NCBI GenBank assembly: GCA_958295715.1
Contig: OY282371.1
Span: 2,175,697-2,239,696, forward strand
DNA: 64,000 bases
From: an uncultured Dehalococcoidia bacterium
GTDB lineage: Bacteria > Chloroflexota > Dehalococcoidia > Lucifugimonadales > GCA-2712585
Direction of reading: 5' to 3'
Of the stretch, positions 1 through 8,377 are shown in pieces (position 1 is the stretch's first letter; the number at the start of each line of letters is the position of its first letter). Made by a program: the position numbers and the translations under genes. The notes below the pieces were generated by a model that ran no database searches, was not told the DNA's origin, and saw only the letters and a program-made list of their open reading frames with translations.

Positions 1-1
1 C

Positions 2-616
2 TTCTACAAGACCCGCGTCCCCTCGCGGGAGCTTCTGGAGATGGTGGGACTCACCGACAAGGCCAAAACCGTCCTCAAGAAGCTGTCGGGAGGGCAGAAG
101 CAGCGGTTCACCGTGGCGGCCAGCCTGGTCAACGACCCGGAACTGGTCATCCTCGACGAGCCCAGCACCGGCCTGGACCCCGCCGCGCGGCGGAGCCTGT
201 GGAACCTGATACGGCGTATCCACGGCCAGAATAAGACCCTCGTCCTCACAACCCACTACATGGAGGAGGCCCAGGCCCTCTGCGACCGGGTGGCCATAAT
301 GGACCGGGGCAAAATCCTGGCCCTAGACACCATACCGCGCCTAATTCAAGACCTAGACGCCTCCTACCGGGTCATCCTCACCACCTCTAAGCCCCTCGAC
401 CTGCCCCCCGACGGGCAAGGCCTCTGGGAGCCGGACGCTCAGGGCCGCGACGACCCCCGCTCCCTGCGGCTGAAGGTCAACGACCCCCCGGGAGTCCTCC
501 CCCGGCTAATCGACCTGGCCGCCCGCCAAGGCGCGGACATCCATGACCTCCAGGTGATACCCGCCACCCTGGAGGACGTTTTCTTGGAGCTTACGGGCCG
601 CGGGATTATGGACTAG
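2..616 (+). CDS. ABC transporter ATP-binding protein, C-terminal part (5' end outside window)
   Basis: Frame is open from nt 2. ABC signature LSGGQKQR and Walker B LVILDEPSTGLD are visible. An ABC-2 permease follows 4 nt downstream. Confidence 0.9.
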   Translation, partial: FYKTRVPSRELLEMVGLTDKAKTVLKKLSGGQKQRFTVAASLVNDPELVILDEPSTGLDPAARRSLWNLIRRIHGQNKTLVLTTHYMEEAQALCDRVAIMDRGKILALDTIPRLIQDLDASYRVILTTSKPLDLPPDGQGLWEPDAQGRDDPRSLRLKVNDPPGVLPRLIDLAARQGADIHDLQVIPATLEDVFLELTGRGIMD

Positions 617-619
617 CCC

Positions 620-1708
620 ATGGGACGACTGCTGCTGGCCAACCTCAGGATGACGGTGCGAGACCGCCAGACCCTGTTCTGGGCCCTGGTGTTCCCCCTC
701 ATATTCGTGGTGGTGTTCGGCCTCTTCGACGTGGGCGGAACCAACCCGGTGGACATCGCCATAGTGGACCTGGCCGACTCGCCCTTATCGCGGAACATCC
801 TAGAGCGTCTCGAAGAGGTCGAACTCCTGGACATTTCCGGGGAGCACGACACCGCGGAGGCGGCGAAACTGGCCGTTGAGGAGGGCGACCTGGAATACGC
901 CCTGATACTCCCTCAAGAGTTGGCCGACGTGGACCCCGCGGCGGGGCCAGGCCCTCCCGTGTTCCTAACGCTGTACTTCAACCAGGCCAACTTCCAGACC
1001 AACCAGCTAATCAGGGGCGTGGTGGGGGAGTTCGCCAACCGCGCAAACCTCAACTTGGCTCAAGCCCCCCAGCGAATCAGCGTCGCCCCGGAGCCGGTCC
1101 AGAGCATCGACGTGACCTACTTCGACGTCCTACTCCTCGGACTGGTGGGAATGGCCGTCATGTTCAACTCCATAGTGGTCATCGGGGTGAAGGTTAGCGG
1201 ATACCGGCAGAACCGCATCTTCCATCGCATACTGGCCACCCCGCTGCCGCTGAGAAACTACTTCGCCGCCGAGGTGGTCACCCACCTGGTCCTGGCCATG
1301 ATACAGGCGGGCATCATATTGGCGGTGGGCGTCTGGGTCTTTGGCGCGAAGTTGCCCGGCAACGCGCTGCCGGTTTTCGTCATAGTCGCCCTTTCGAGCA
1401 TAGTGTTCCTGAACATCGGCTTCGCCATCGGCGGCCGGGCGGGCAGCCCGGCGGCGGCCTCGGGCCTGGCCAACGTGGTGGCCATGCCCATGATGTTCTT
1501 CTCCGGCACCTTCTTCCCCACGGCCAACCTCCCCGCCTTCCTGCCGGAACTGGTGAAGGTGTTGCCCCTGACCCCAACCATCGACGCCCTCCGCGCCGTG
1601 GCCATTGACGGCGAGCCCCTCTGGAATACGTGGCCGCAGCTGGCCATGATATTGGGGTGGATTGGGGCCTCCGCCGCCGTGGCCGCCAAGATGTTCCGGT
1701 TCAACTAG
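620..1708 (+). CDS. ABC-2 type transporter permease
   Basis: 362 aa with an N-terminal TM helix, a long extracytoplasmic loop and a C-terminal cluster of hydrophobic helices. It is coupled to the preceding ATPase. Confidence 0.8.
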   Translation: MGRLLLANLRMTVRDRQTLFWALVFPLIFVVVFGLFDVGGTNPVDIAIVDLADSPLSRNILERLEEVELLDISGEHDTAEAAKLAVEEGDLEYALILPQELADVDPAAGPGPPVFLTLYFNQANFQTNQLIRGVVGEFANRANLNLAQAPQRISVAPEPVQSIDVTYFDVLLLGLVGMAVMFNSIVVIGVKVSGYRQNRIFHRILATPLPLRNYFAAEVVTHLVLAMIQAGIILAVGVWVFGAKLPGNALPVFVIVALSSIVFLNIGFAIGGRAGSPAAASGLANVVAMPMMFFSGTFFPTANLPAFLPELVKVLPLTPTIDALRAVAIDGEPLWNTWPQLAMILGWIGASAAVAAKMFRFN

Positions 1709-1781
1709 GCCGGCCCGCCCGCCGCCCGGCCTCTCCCATCACCCGCCTCTCACTCGTTCCCCCATCCCAAAACCGACGCTC

Positions 1782-2169
1782 CTCAAAACAAAGTGGGCGC
1801 ACGCGCCCTTCCCGCGCAGGCGGGAATCCATCTTTCCCTTCCTTCGCTGCGATGGCGCGGCGGCTCCCGCTTTCGCTCTCCGTCATTCCCGCCATCTCCA
1901 TTCCGTCATTCCCGCGAAGGCGGGAATCCAGGAAGACCCCATGGCAAAGCGGCCAATGTGTCGCTCTCACGCCCCCGGATGGACCCGTCGTCCCAAACTG
2001 AACCCTGTCAGAGTAGAATGACAGCGTTAGAGGGACTAGGGAAAGATGGATTCCCGCCTGCGCGGGAATGACGGAATGGGGGCGGCAATACATCCCCACA
2101 ACGCAGAACCAGCGCTACTCAAAACAAAGCGGGCGCGCCCTTCCCGCCTTCGCGGGAATGACGAAATGG
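1782..2169. repeat. Cluster of palindromic mosaic repeats (4 copies of TTCCCGC-N4-GCGGGAA core plus shared flanks)
   Basis: Palindrome copies at 1809-1826, 1908-1927, 2050-2069 and 2141-2159. Flank modules such as ctcaaaacaaagYgggcgc also occur in the 51.2-51.9 kb cluster. The cluster lies between convergent gene ends. Confidence 0.85.
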
Positions 2170-2240
2170 AAGTGGCGGGCATGCCGGGAAAGGGATAAGC
2201 GCGGGCCGAGGCCACGAGACGCGCCCGGCCAGCCCGCTCG

Positions 2241-2708
2241 CTACTTCTTGCGCCGGGAGGCCTTCTTCCCGCGCTCTTTGGCCTCCACCCGCATGGCCTT
2301 GAAGCTGTAGTAGTAGTCGGCGTCCAGTATCCGCTTCATAACGTCCACGCTGATGTTCATGGGGTGGGTGGGCAAGGCCCAGTCCTCCGTCACGGCGTAG
2401 TGAAGATCCGTAAGGGACATGGGCTTGTTGCCGGCCTGCAACAGCAACCTGAAGGCTATCTCCTTGAGCGGCATGGTGGGGCTGATGAAATCGTCCGACG
2501 CCGCGCAGCACTTAGACAACTCCCGCATCTGCTGCCTCACCGTGCCGGCCTTCCCCTCCTTCGCCACGCGCGCCGCGCACTTCTTGCAGCGACGGCTCAT
2601 CAGCAGCCCGCCCAGGTCCCTCCGCCGCTCCTCGGCCAAGGCGGGGTCTATCAAGTAGTAAAGGTCGTCAACGCCCTGTGTCTGAACGCCCGGCTTTTCC
2701 TGAATCAT
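2241..2708 (-). CDS. Hypothetical protein (Cys-containing, basic C-terminus)
   Basis: The ATG at 2708 is preceded by GGAGGGAG and lies 2 nt after the moeA stop. I recognise no family. The codon usage looks native. Confidence 0.5.
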   Translation of the reverse strand: MIQEKPGVQTQGVDDLYYLIDPALAEERRRDLGGLLMSRRCKKCAARVAKEGKAGTVRQQMRELSKCCAASDDFISPTMPLKEIAFRLLLQAGNKPMSLTDLHYAVTEDWALPTHPMNISVDVMKRILDADYYYSFKAMRVEAKERGKKASRRKK

Positions 2709-2710
2709 CT

Positions 2711-4009
2711 TCACACTCCCTCCTCTTGGTTCCAATCAAGCATCTTCACCCGCGCGACCTGGCCCTTGTCCATCCTGGGCACGTCTTCGGGACAGACGGC
2801 CAAGCCATTGGCCCGCGCCATAGACGTCAGGATGTTGGACCCCTGGGGGCCGGTGGGGTTGGCGTAGTAGACGCCCCCGCGCCGGGTCACGCGCACCCTG
2901 GCGAAGACCCGGCGCCCGTCGAAGTTGACGATAGGCCCCTCAAGCTCCGCCTCAATGGTGGGCTTGGCCAACCGGGTCCTGCCCAGCATCCTCAGGATGG
3001 CCGGGCGGGCGAACTCCTCAAAGGCCACCATGGCGCTCACCGGGTTCCCGGGCAGCCCCAGATGCGGCGTCTGCCTGCCCCCCTCACCCCTCAGCATACC
3101 CCAGGCGAGGGGCTTGGCGGGACGCATCCGCACCGACCAGAAGTCCACCCGGCCCCGCCGCGCCAGAACGTCCTTAACCATGTCGTAGTCGCCCTTGGAC
3201 ACCCCCGCCGAGGTGATGATGAGGTCGGCGCCCAGGGCCTGCCCCAGTTTGGCGTGCATCTCCTCCAGGGTGTCCCTGGCGATGCCGAGCATGAGGGGAA
3301 GGCCGCCGTACCGCCGGACCGAGGCCGCCAGACTGTAGCTGTTGCTGTCGTAAATCATGCCGGGCCGTATCGCCCGGCCGGGGGCCGTAAGCTCGCTGCC
3401 CGTGGCCAGGATAGCCACCGTGGGCCGCCGCGCCACCGGCGCCCTGTCGAGGCCCAGGGAGGCGAGAACCCCCACCTCCGCCGGCCGCAGGACAGTTCCC
3501 TTAGCCAGAACCTTATCGCCTCTCCTAACGTCCTCGCCGGCGGGCCTCACGTGAGCGCCGGGGGAAGGCTGCACGAGAACGCCCACCTCATCCATGCTCA
3601 GCCCTCGGGCCTTCCGCTCCACTTCGTCGGTATCCTCGAAGGGCGTCACCGAGTCGCAGCCCTCGGGCGTCGGGGCGCCGGTCATTATCCGGATGGCGGT
3701 TCCAGGCTCCACCCGGCGGGAGGGCAACTGGCCCGCGGCCACCGTTTCGATAACCCGCAGGACTACGGGACTCTCCGGCGACGCGCCCTCCAGGTCCTGA
3801 TGCCGCACCGCGTAGCCGTCCATGGCGGAGTTGGCCGCGGGCGGGATATCCAGTCCAGCGTATACGTCCTCGGCCAGGGTCTGGCCCAAGGCGTCAAGGG
3901 CCGGCTTCTCCTCGGCCTCCAAGGGTTTGAAGGCGGAGATTATCCGTTCGAAGGCCTCCTCCACGCTGAGCATGTCGGCGTGATGGTGGCCGTGCCTCCC
4001 ATGCTTCAT
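2711..4009 (-). CDS. moeA: Molybdopterin molybdotransferase MoeA
   Basis: 432 aa. N-terminal SVEEA...SAMDGYAVR and central GDYD motifs are typical of the MoeA/gephyrin E domain. The start overlaps the pheT stop (ATGA). Confidence 0.9.
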   Translation of the reverse strand: MKHGRHGHHHADMLSVEEAFERIISAFKPLEAEEKPALDALGQTLAEDVYAGLDIPPAANSAMDGYAVRHQDLEGASPESPVVLRVIETVAAGQLPSRRVEPGTAIRIMTGAPTPEGCDSVTPFEDTDEVERKARGLSMDEVGVLVQPSPGAHVRPAGEDVRRGDKVLAKGTVLRPAEVGVLASLGLDRAPVARRPTVAILATGSELTAPGRAIRPGMIYDSNSYSLAASVRRYGGLPLMLGIARDTLEEMHAKLGQALGADLIITSAGVSKGDYDMVKDVLARRGRVDFWSVRMRPAKPLAWGMLRGEGGRQTPHLGLPGNPVSAMVAFEEFARPAILRMLGRTRLAKPTIEAELEGPIVNFDGRRVFARVRVTRRGGVYYANPTGPQGSNILTSMARANGLAVCPEDVPRMDKGQVARVKMLDWNQEEGV

Positions 4010-6423
4010 CCTGCCGTCGTCTCCCCGCCCCGCAGGGAGGCCCCCGCCTCCCGCTCGAGGAGCCTGACCACCTTGGCCAGGTCCCGGTTCACCTCCTCCG
4101 ACGAGAGGGTGCGGTTGGCGGCCTGGAAATATATCCTGTAGGCCAGCGAGACCCTGCCCGGCGGGGCCTCCTTTCCCTCATAGGCGTCAAAAAGCACGGC
4201 CCGCTCCACCAACGGCCTGCCCTCTATGACCGCTTGGACCTTCGCCGCCGGGACGTCGCTATCCACCAGAATTGAGATGTCGCGGATAGAGCTGGGGTAG
4301 CGGGCCAGCGACTTCAAGGGCCGTTTGCCCTGGGGGAGGGCGGCCAGCAGCCTATCCAGGCGCATCTCGAAGAAGGCCACCGGCCCGCCGTCTATCTGAA
4401 ACCTCTCCTGCACGACGGGATGCACCTCGCCCACGACGCCCACCGCGGCTCCGTTGACGGTGATTGAGGCCGTCTTGCCGGGGTGGAAGAAGTCGTCGGC
4501 GCCGGGCTGAAAGGACGCCGCCGCGCCCATCTGCTCCAAGGCCGCCTCCACCACCCCCTTGGCGTCATAGAAGTCATAATGGCCGGCGTCGCCAAGCCAC
4601 CCCTCCTTGGCGCGGGGGCCGTAGAGGAGGCCGGCGGCCGTCTCCGGCTCCTCCGGCAGTCCCTTGGGACGCTTCAGGTAGACCCGGCCTATCTCGAAAA
4701 TGCCCACCGACTCAGTTTGACGGGCCAGGTTAGAGGCCAGGGTTTGCAGCAGGCTGGCCCGCAGGGTGGGCCGCATGTACTGGTACTCCCTGCTCATGGG
4801 GTTGGCCACCTTCAGCAGCCCCGCGCCGTCGCCGGCGGCCCCCGCCTCCCTGAGGGCGTCCAGGCTCACGGCCGAGTAGCTTATCACCTCCTGCAAGCCC
4901 GACCTCACCAGCAGGTCCCGCGCCTCCTCGCGAAAGTCCCTCATCTCCTGCCGTTCAAGGGCCGGCAAGGGGGTCGCCATCATTTGGGTTGGAATGGCGT
5001 CGTAGCCTATGATGCGCGCCGCCTCCTCCACCAGGTCGTCCTCGATAGTGACGTCGCTGCGCCAGTAGGGAGGAGTGACGCGCAGGTCGGAATCGCCCTC
5101 GCGCTGGCTCCGGAATCCCAGGGCGTCAAGGACCTCCTCCACCTGTTCCCGCGGGTATCCAACGCCCAAGACCTTCTTCATCCGCGCGCTGGTCAGAAGA
5201 ATGGCCTCCGGCTCCCGCCTGCCGGGGTAGACGTCCACGATGCCCTTGGCCACCGTGCCCCCGGCCACCTGGTGAATCAACTGGGTGGCGCGGCGGAGGG
5301 CCGGGGCCGTCAGCCCGGGGCGCAGACCCTTCTCGAAGCGCGCGGTGGCCTCGGTGCGGAGGCGGAAGGCCTGGGCCGTCTGCCGGTTGTTGGCCGGATT
5401 GAAGCTGGCCGACTCCAGGAGAACGTCGGTGGTTCCCTCGCTGATGCCGCTGTCCATCCCGCCAACAATCCCGCCCAAGGCCCGGGCGTCCCTGTCGTCG
5501 GCGATGACCAAGTGGGAGGAGTCCAAGGCCCTAACGACCCCGTCCAGGGTCTCCATGGTCTCGCCCGTGTAGGCCCGCCGCACTAGGATTCTGCCCTTGA
5601 GCAGCGTCTCGTAGTCAAAGGCGTGAAGGGGCTGGCCGTATTCCAGCATAACGTAGTTGGTGACGTCCACCACGTTGTTGATGGGCCGGACGCCGCACCT
5701 CTCCAGCCGCTCCCGCAGCCACCGCGGCGAGGGGCCGACGGCTATGCCCTTAATGAGGCTGGCCGTGTACCGGGGGCACAGGTCCGGATCCTGAATGGAC
5801 ACCGATATATGCGCGCTTATGGGCAGCCCCTCTTCCGGGTAGAGGGCCTCCGGCTCGCGCGCCCTGGCCCCCGTGAGGGCCGCCGCCTCGTAAGCCACCC
5901 CCAGAACCGACAGCCAGTCGGCCCGGTTGGGCGTCGGCTCCAGGTCCAAGGCCTGGTCGCCCATGTAGTCGTCCAAGGGCGTTCCCACCGGGGCGTCTTG
6001 GGGCAGAGTCAGGATGCCGTCGTGGTCCTCGCCGAGGCCCAACTCCTTCTCCGAGCAGATCATCCCCTCCGACACGACGCCGCGTATCTTGGCGGCCTTC
6101 AACCGGCTGGGCCTGCCCGTGCGCCCGTCGATGAGGGTGGCGCCAACCCGCGCGAAGGCTATCTTCTGCCCCGCGGCCACGTTGGGGGCGCCGCAGACCA
6201 CCTGCTGAACGCCGGCGCCGGTGGCCACGGCGCACAGGGTCAAACGCTGGGCGTTGGGGTGCGGCTCCACCCTTTCAACATGCCCCACAAAGCAGTTCTC
6301 CCACCCGCCGGTAGTGATAACCTCGCCAACCTCCAGGCCGGCCATGGTGAGCCGGTGAGCAAGCTCCTCCACCGGGACCTCTATGTCAACGAACTCTTTG
6401 AGCCAGGATATAGGAACTCTCAT
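4006..6423 (-). CDS. pheT: Phenylalanine--tRNA ligase beta subunit
   Basis: 805 aa. N-terminal MRVPISWLKEFVD followed by a tRNA-binding domain, B3/4 and B5 regions and a C-terminal anticodon-binding-like domain. Confidence 0.95.
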   Translation of the reverse strand: MRVPISWLKEFVDIEVPVEELAHRLTMAGLEVGEVITTGGWENCFVGHVERVEPHPNAQRLTLCAVATGAGVQQVVCGAPNVAAGQKIAFARVGATLIDGRTGRPSRLKAAKIRGVVSEGMICSEKELGLGEDHDGILTLPQDAPVGTPLDDYMGDQALDLEPTPNRADWLSVLGVAYEAAALTGARAREPEALYPEEGLPISAHISVSIQDPDLCPRYTASLIKGIAVGPSPRWLRERLERCGVRPINNVVDVTNYVMLEYGQPLHAFDYETLLKGRILVRRAYTGETMETLDGVVRALDSSHLVIADDRDARALGGIVGGMDSGISEGTTDVLLESASFNPANNRQTAQAFRLRTEATARFEKGLRPGLTAPALRRATQLIHQVAGGTVAKGIVDVYPGRREPEAILLTSARMKKVLGVGYPREQVEEVLDALGFRSQREGDSDLRVTPPYWRSDVTIEDDLVEEAARIIGYDAIPTQMMATPLPALERQEMRDFREEARDLLVRSGLQEVISYSAVSLDALREAGAAGDGAGLLKVANPMSREYQYMRPTLRASLLQTLASNLARQTESVGIFEIGRVYLKRPKGLPEEPETAAGLLYGPRAKEGWLGDAGHYDFYDAKGVVEAALEQMGAAASFQPGADDFFHPGKTASITVNGAAVGVVGEVHPVVQERFQIDGGPVAFFEMRLDRLLAALPQGKRPLKSLARYPSSIRDISILVDSDVPAAKVQAVIEGRPLVERAVLFDAYEGKEAPPGRVSLAYRIYFQAANRTLSSEEVNRDLAKVVRLLEREAGASLRGGETTAG

Positions 6424-6523
6424 AATTTAGTCCTTAACGTCTGCCGGCCTTGGAGTTTACAGGCAGGAATAGCCACGCTCAGCGCCCATAAGGCCCATAA
6501 GTATGGTCAACTTGAAGCCTCAC

Positions 6524-7579
6524 CTAGAACTGGCGTAGGAACCGCAGGTCGTTGGAGTAGAAGAGGCGAATGTCCTCAATGCCGTACTTCAGCATGGCTA
6601 TCCGCTCCGGCCCCATGCCGAAGGCGAAGCCCGTGTGCACGGCGGGGTCGTACCCCACCCCCTCTAGGACCTTGGGATGGACCATCCCGGCGCCCAGGAT
6701 CTCTATCCAGCCCGCCTCGCGGCAGATGCGGCACCCGGCCCCCTCGCAGGCGAAGCAGTCGATGGCCATCTCGACGCCCGGCTCCACAAAGGGGAAGTAG
6801 TCGCAGCGGAACCGCACCTTGCGCTCCGCGCCGAAGAGACGCCGCGCGAACTCGTACAGCGTCCCCTTCAGGTTAGCCAGGGTAATCCCCTCGTCCACGG
6901 CCAGACCCTCCACCTGGTAAAAGTGCCACTCGTGGGTGGCGTCGGTGGCCTCGTAGCGGTAGCACTTGCCCGGAACGATGACCCGCACCGGCGGCTTCAC
7001 CCGCTCCATGGTGCGGGCCTGCATGGGCGAGGTGTGGGTCCTCAGCAGCATGGACTGGCGGCCTTCATCGTCCTCCTGGTCTATCCAAAGGGTGTTCCAC
7101 ATGTCGCGGGCCGGGTGGTCCCTGGGGATGTTCAGCATCTCAAAGTTGTAGCGGTCCCACTCCACCTCCGGGCCTTCGACGACCTGAAAGCCCATGGACT
7201 CAAAGGCGTCGCATATCTCCCGGAGTATGCGGGTGAGGGGGTGGAACCTGCCCATGGCCACCGGGCGGCCCGGGCGCGTCACGTCTATACGCTCCTCCTG
7301 GGCCAGGCCGGCGATGCGGCTCTCCCGGACCCGGCGCCGCGCCTGGGCCAGCGACTCCTCCAGCAGGGCTTTGGCTTGGTTGGCCTGGGCGCCGACGACC
7401 CGGCGCTCCTCCTGCGCCAGGGTTCCCAAGCTCCGCAGGGCCGCGGTCAGGCGGCCGCGCCTGCCCAAGTACCGGACTCGCCACTCCTCCAGCCCCTCCT
7501 CGCCGGTCAGGCCCCGCAGTTCCTCCAAGGCCGCCTCCCGCGCCTGCTCTATGGTCCGGGCCAGATTCTGAGAGGTCAC
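6524..7579 (-). CDS. pheS: Phenylalanine--tRNA ligase alpha subunit
   Basis: Class II core motifs are present (HPLT, FRCDYFPFVEPG, GFAFGMGPERIAML). I chose the GTG at 7579 because the 51-aa upstream extension to 7732 is non-homologous and lies upstream of a consensus promoter. Confidence 0.9.
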   Translation of the reverse strand: MTSQNLARTIEQAREAALEELRGLTGEEGLEEWRVRYLGRRGRLTAALRSLGTLAQEERRVVGAQANQAKALLEESLAQARRRVRESRIAGLAQEERIDVTRPGRPVAMGRFHPLTRILREICDAFESMGFQVVEGPEVEWDRYNFEMLNIPRDHPARDMWNTLWIDQEDDEGRQSMLLRTHTSPMQARTMERVKPPVRVIVPGKCYRYEATDATHEWHFYQVEGLAVDEGITLANLKGTLYEFARRLFGAERKVRFRCDYFPFVEPGVEMAIDCFACEGAGCRICREAGWIEILGAGMVHPKVLEGVGYDPAVHTGFAFGMGPERIAMLKYGIEDIRLFYSNDLRFLRQF

Positions 7580-7623
7580 GCCCGGCGCTCCGGGGGCGGG
7601 AGGGTCACGAAATCCTTCGTCAT
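7576..7623 (-). CDS. Candidate 15-codon leader ORF (MTKDFVTLPPPERRA) overlapping the pheS start
   Basis: The ATG lies 7 nt after the predicted -10 box, so it would be leaderless. Its TGA overlaps the pheS GTG as GTGA. No conservation data are available. Confidence 0.25.
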   Translation of the reverse strand: MTKDFVTLPPPERRA

Positions 7624-7630
7624 GCGCCCC

Positions 7631-7659
7631 ATTATAGGTTTGGCCGTGACTAGGGTCAA
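7631..7659 (-). promoter_or_regulatory. Sigma70-type promoter for pheST (TTGACC-17-TATAAT)
   Basis: Read directly on the minus strand: ggtcaa at 7654-7659 and attata at 7631-7636, with a 17-nt spacer. Confidence 0.5.
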
Positions 7660-7725
7660 GAAACGGGGCGTGGGGCCACCTGGACGTCTTCCAAGCAAAA
7701 AGTCCGCGCCCGGCCCGCCCATCCG

Positions 7726-7754
7726 TTGACAAGCCATAACGCCTAACTTAAACT
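7726..7754 (+). promoter_or_regulatory. Sigma70-type promoter for rpsP (TTGACA-17-TAAACT)
   Basis: TTGACA at 7726-7731, 17-nt spacer, TAAACT at 7749-7754. An SD (AAGAAAGAGGA) precedes the ATG at 7799. Confidence 0.5.
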
Positions 7755-7798
7755 TTCTAACCATCACGCAACGAACTCCCCGTCAAGAAAGAGGACCC

Positions 7799-8056
7799 AT
7801 GCTAAGGATTCGACTTCGCCGGGTGGGCAAGAAAAAGCAGCCCTCCTACCGCATTGTGGTGGCCGACTCGCGGTCGCCCCAGAAAGGCGCCTTTGTGGAG
7901 CGCATCGGCCACTACGACCCGCTGGTGGACCCCCCCGCGGTCACTCTCGACAAGGAGCGCGCCCGCCATTGGATGGGAAAGGGGGCCCAGCCCTCCGACG
8001 CCGTGCGGCGCATCTTCAACTGGCAGAACCTCTTTGAAGAGGCCCCCGCCCAGTAA
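7799..8056 (+). CDS. rpsP: 30S ribosomal protein S16
   Basis: MLRIRLRRVGKKKQPSYRIVVADSRSP... is a canonical S16 N-terminus. Confidence 0.97.
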   Translation: MLRIRLRRVGKKKQPSYRIVVADSRSPQKGAFVERIGHYDPLVDPPAVTLDKERARHWMGKGAQPSDAVRRIFNWQNLFEEAPAQ

Positions 8057-8283
8057 TGCAGGAGCTAATCGAGTATATCGCCAAGAGCCTCGCCACCAAG
8101 CCGGAGGAGGTGAAGGTCACCGTGGAGATGGAGGAGGACCGCATGGTCCTCAAGCTGGAGGTGGCCGACGAGGACAAGGGCAAGATAATCGGGCGACAGG
8201 GCCGGGTGGCCCAGGCCATGCGCACCCTCCTACGCGTCGCGGCCATCAAGGACGGCTCCCGCGTGGTCCTCGAAATCGTCTGA
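8056..8283 (+). CDS. khpA: KH-domain RNA-binding protein (KhpA/YlqC family)
   Basis: 75 aa with GKIIGRQGR (KH GXXG loop). It follows rpsP with a TAATG overlap, which is the conserved context. Confidence 0.85.
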   Translation: MQELIEYIAKSLATKPEEVKVTVEMEEDRMVLKLEVADEDKGKIIGRQGRVAQAMRTLLRVAAIKDGSRVVLEIV

Positions 8284-8296
8284 CCTCCCCCCTCCT

Positions 8297-8326
8297 TTGA
8301 CCGTTCCTCTAAGCTGGCGCTACAAT
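8297..8326 (+). promoter_or_regulatory. Candidate promoter (TTGACC-18-TACAAT) upstream of the yebC-like gene
   Basis: Hexamers read directly from the sequence. Confidence 0.35.
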
Positions 8327-8377
8327 TGATTTTCATCTGTCCTGCATCGCCTCAACGGAGTGAAAGGGGGTGGGAAG

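Noticed and set aside
1630-2310. ORFs predicted across the palindromic repeat clusters (1630-2001, 1662-2021, 1701-2099, 1793-2071, 2068-2310; likewise 51018-51278, 51251-51667 and 51283-51537).
   Set aside because: - Their peptides (SFPRRRES, VIPAQAGIH, RHSREGGNP) are simply translations of the repeated palindrome in different frames and orientations.
- They have no start context and overlap one another.
2678-4141. Long ORFs antisense to, or out of frame with, well-supported genes. Examples: 2678-4141 +, 4483-5586 +, 5623-6876 +, 6677-7729 +, 8890-9681 -, 12891-14033 -, 20065-21006 +, 21073-22356 +, 28477-29568 +, 34508-35518 -, 35558-36457 -, 37780-39030 -, 40575-41762 +, 51768-52829 +, 59684-60811 +, 60399-61259 -.
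   Set aside because: - They are typical high-GC shadow ORFs.
- Their translations are Arg/Gly/Pro/His-rich low-complexity strings with no motifs.
- Each fully overlaps a gene with clear family signatures on the other strand or frame.
7580-7732. N-terminal extensions offered by the ORF track for pheS (to 7732), nusB (to 25602), rpmF (to 26808), cofG (from 33166), the CHASE3-like protein (to 11445), coaE (from 44723), cinA (to 53243) and the coiled-coil protein (to 17949).
   Set aside because: - The extensions have no family similarity.
- They overlap neighbouring genes or predicted promoters.
- In each case an internal start with a proper family N-terminus and/or SD exists.
7580-7790. A T-box riboswitch or Phe-codon-rich attenuator upstream of pheS.
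   Set aside because: - The predicted 5' UTR is only about 45 nt.
- It has no T-box consensus, no specifier-loop architecture and no run of Phe codons.
- Only the small PPP-containing uORF is reported, as a separate finding.
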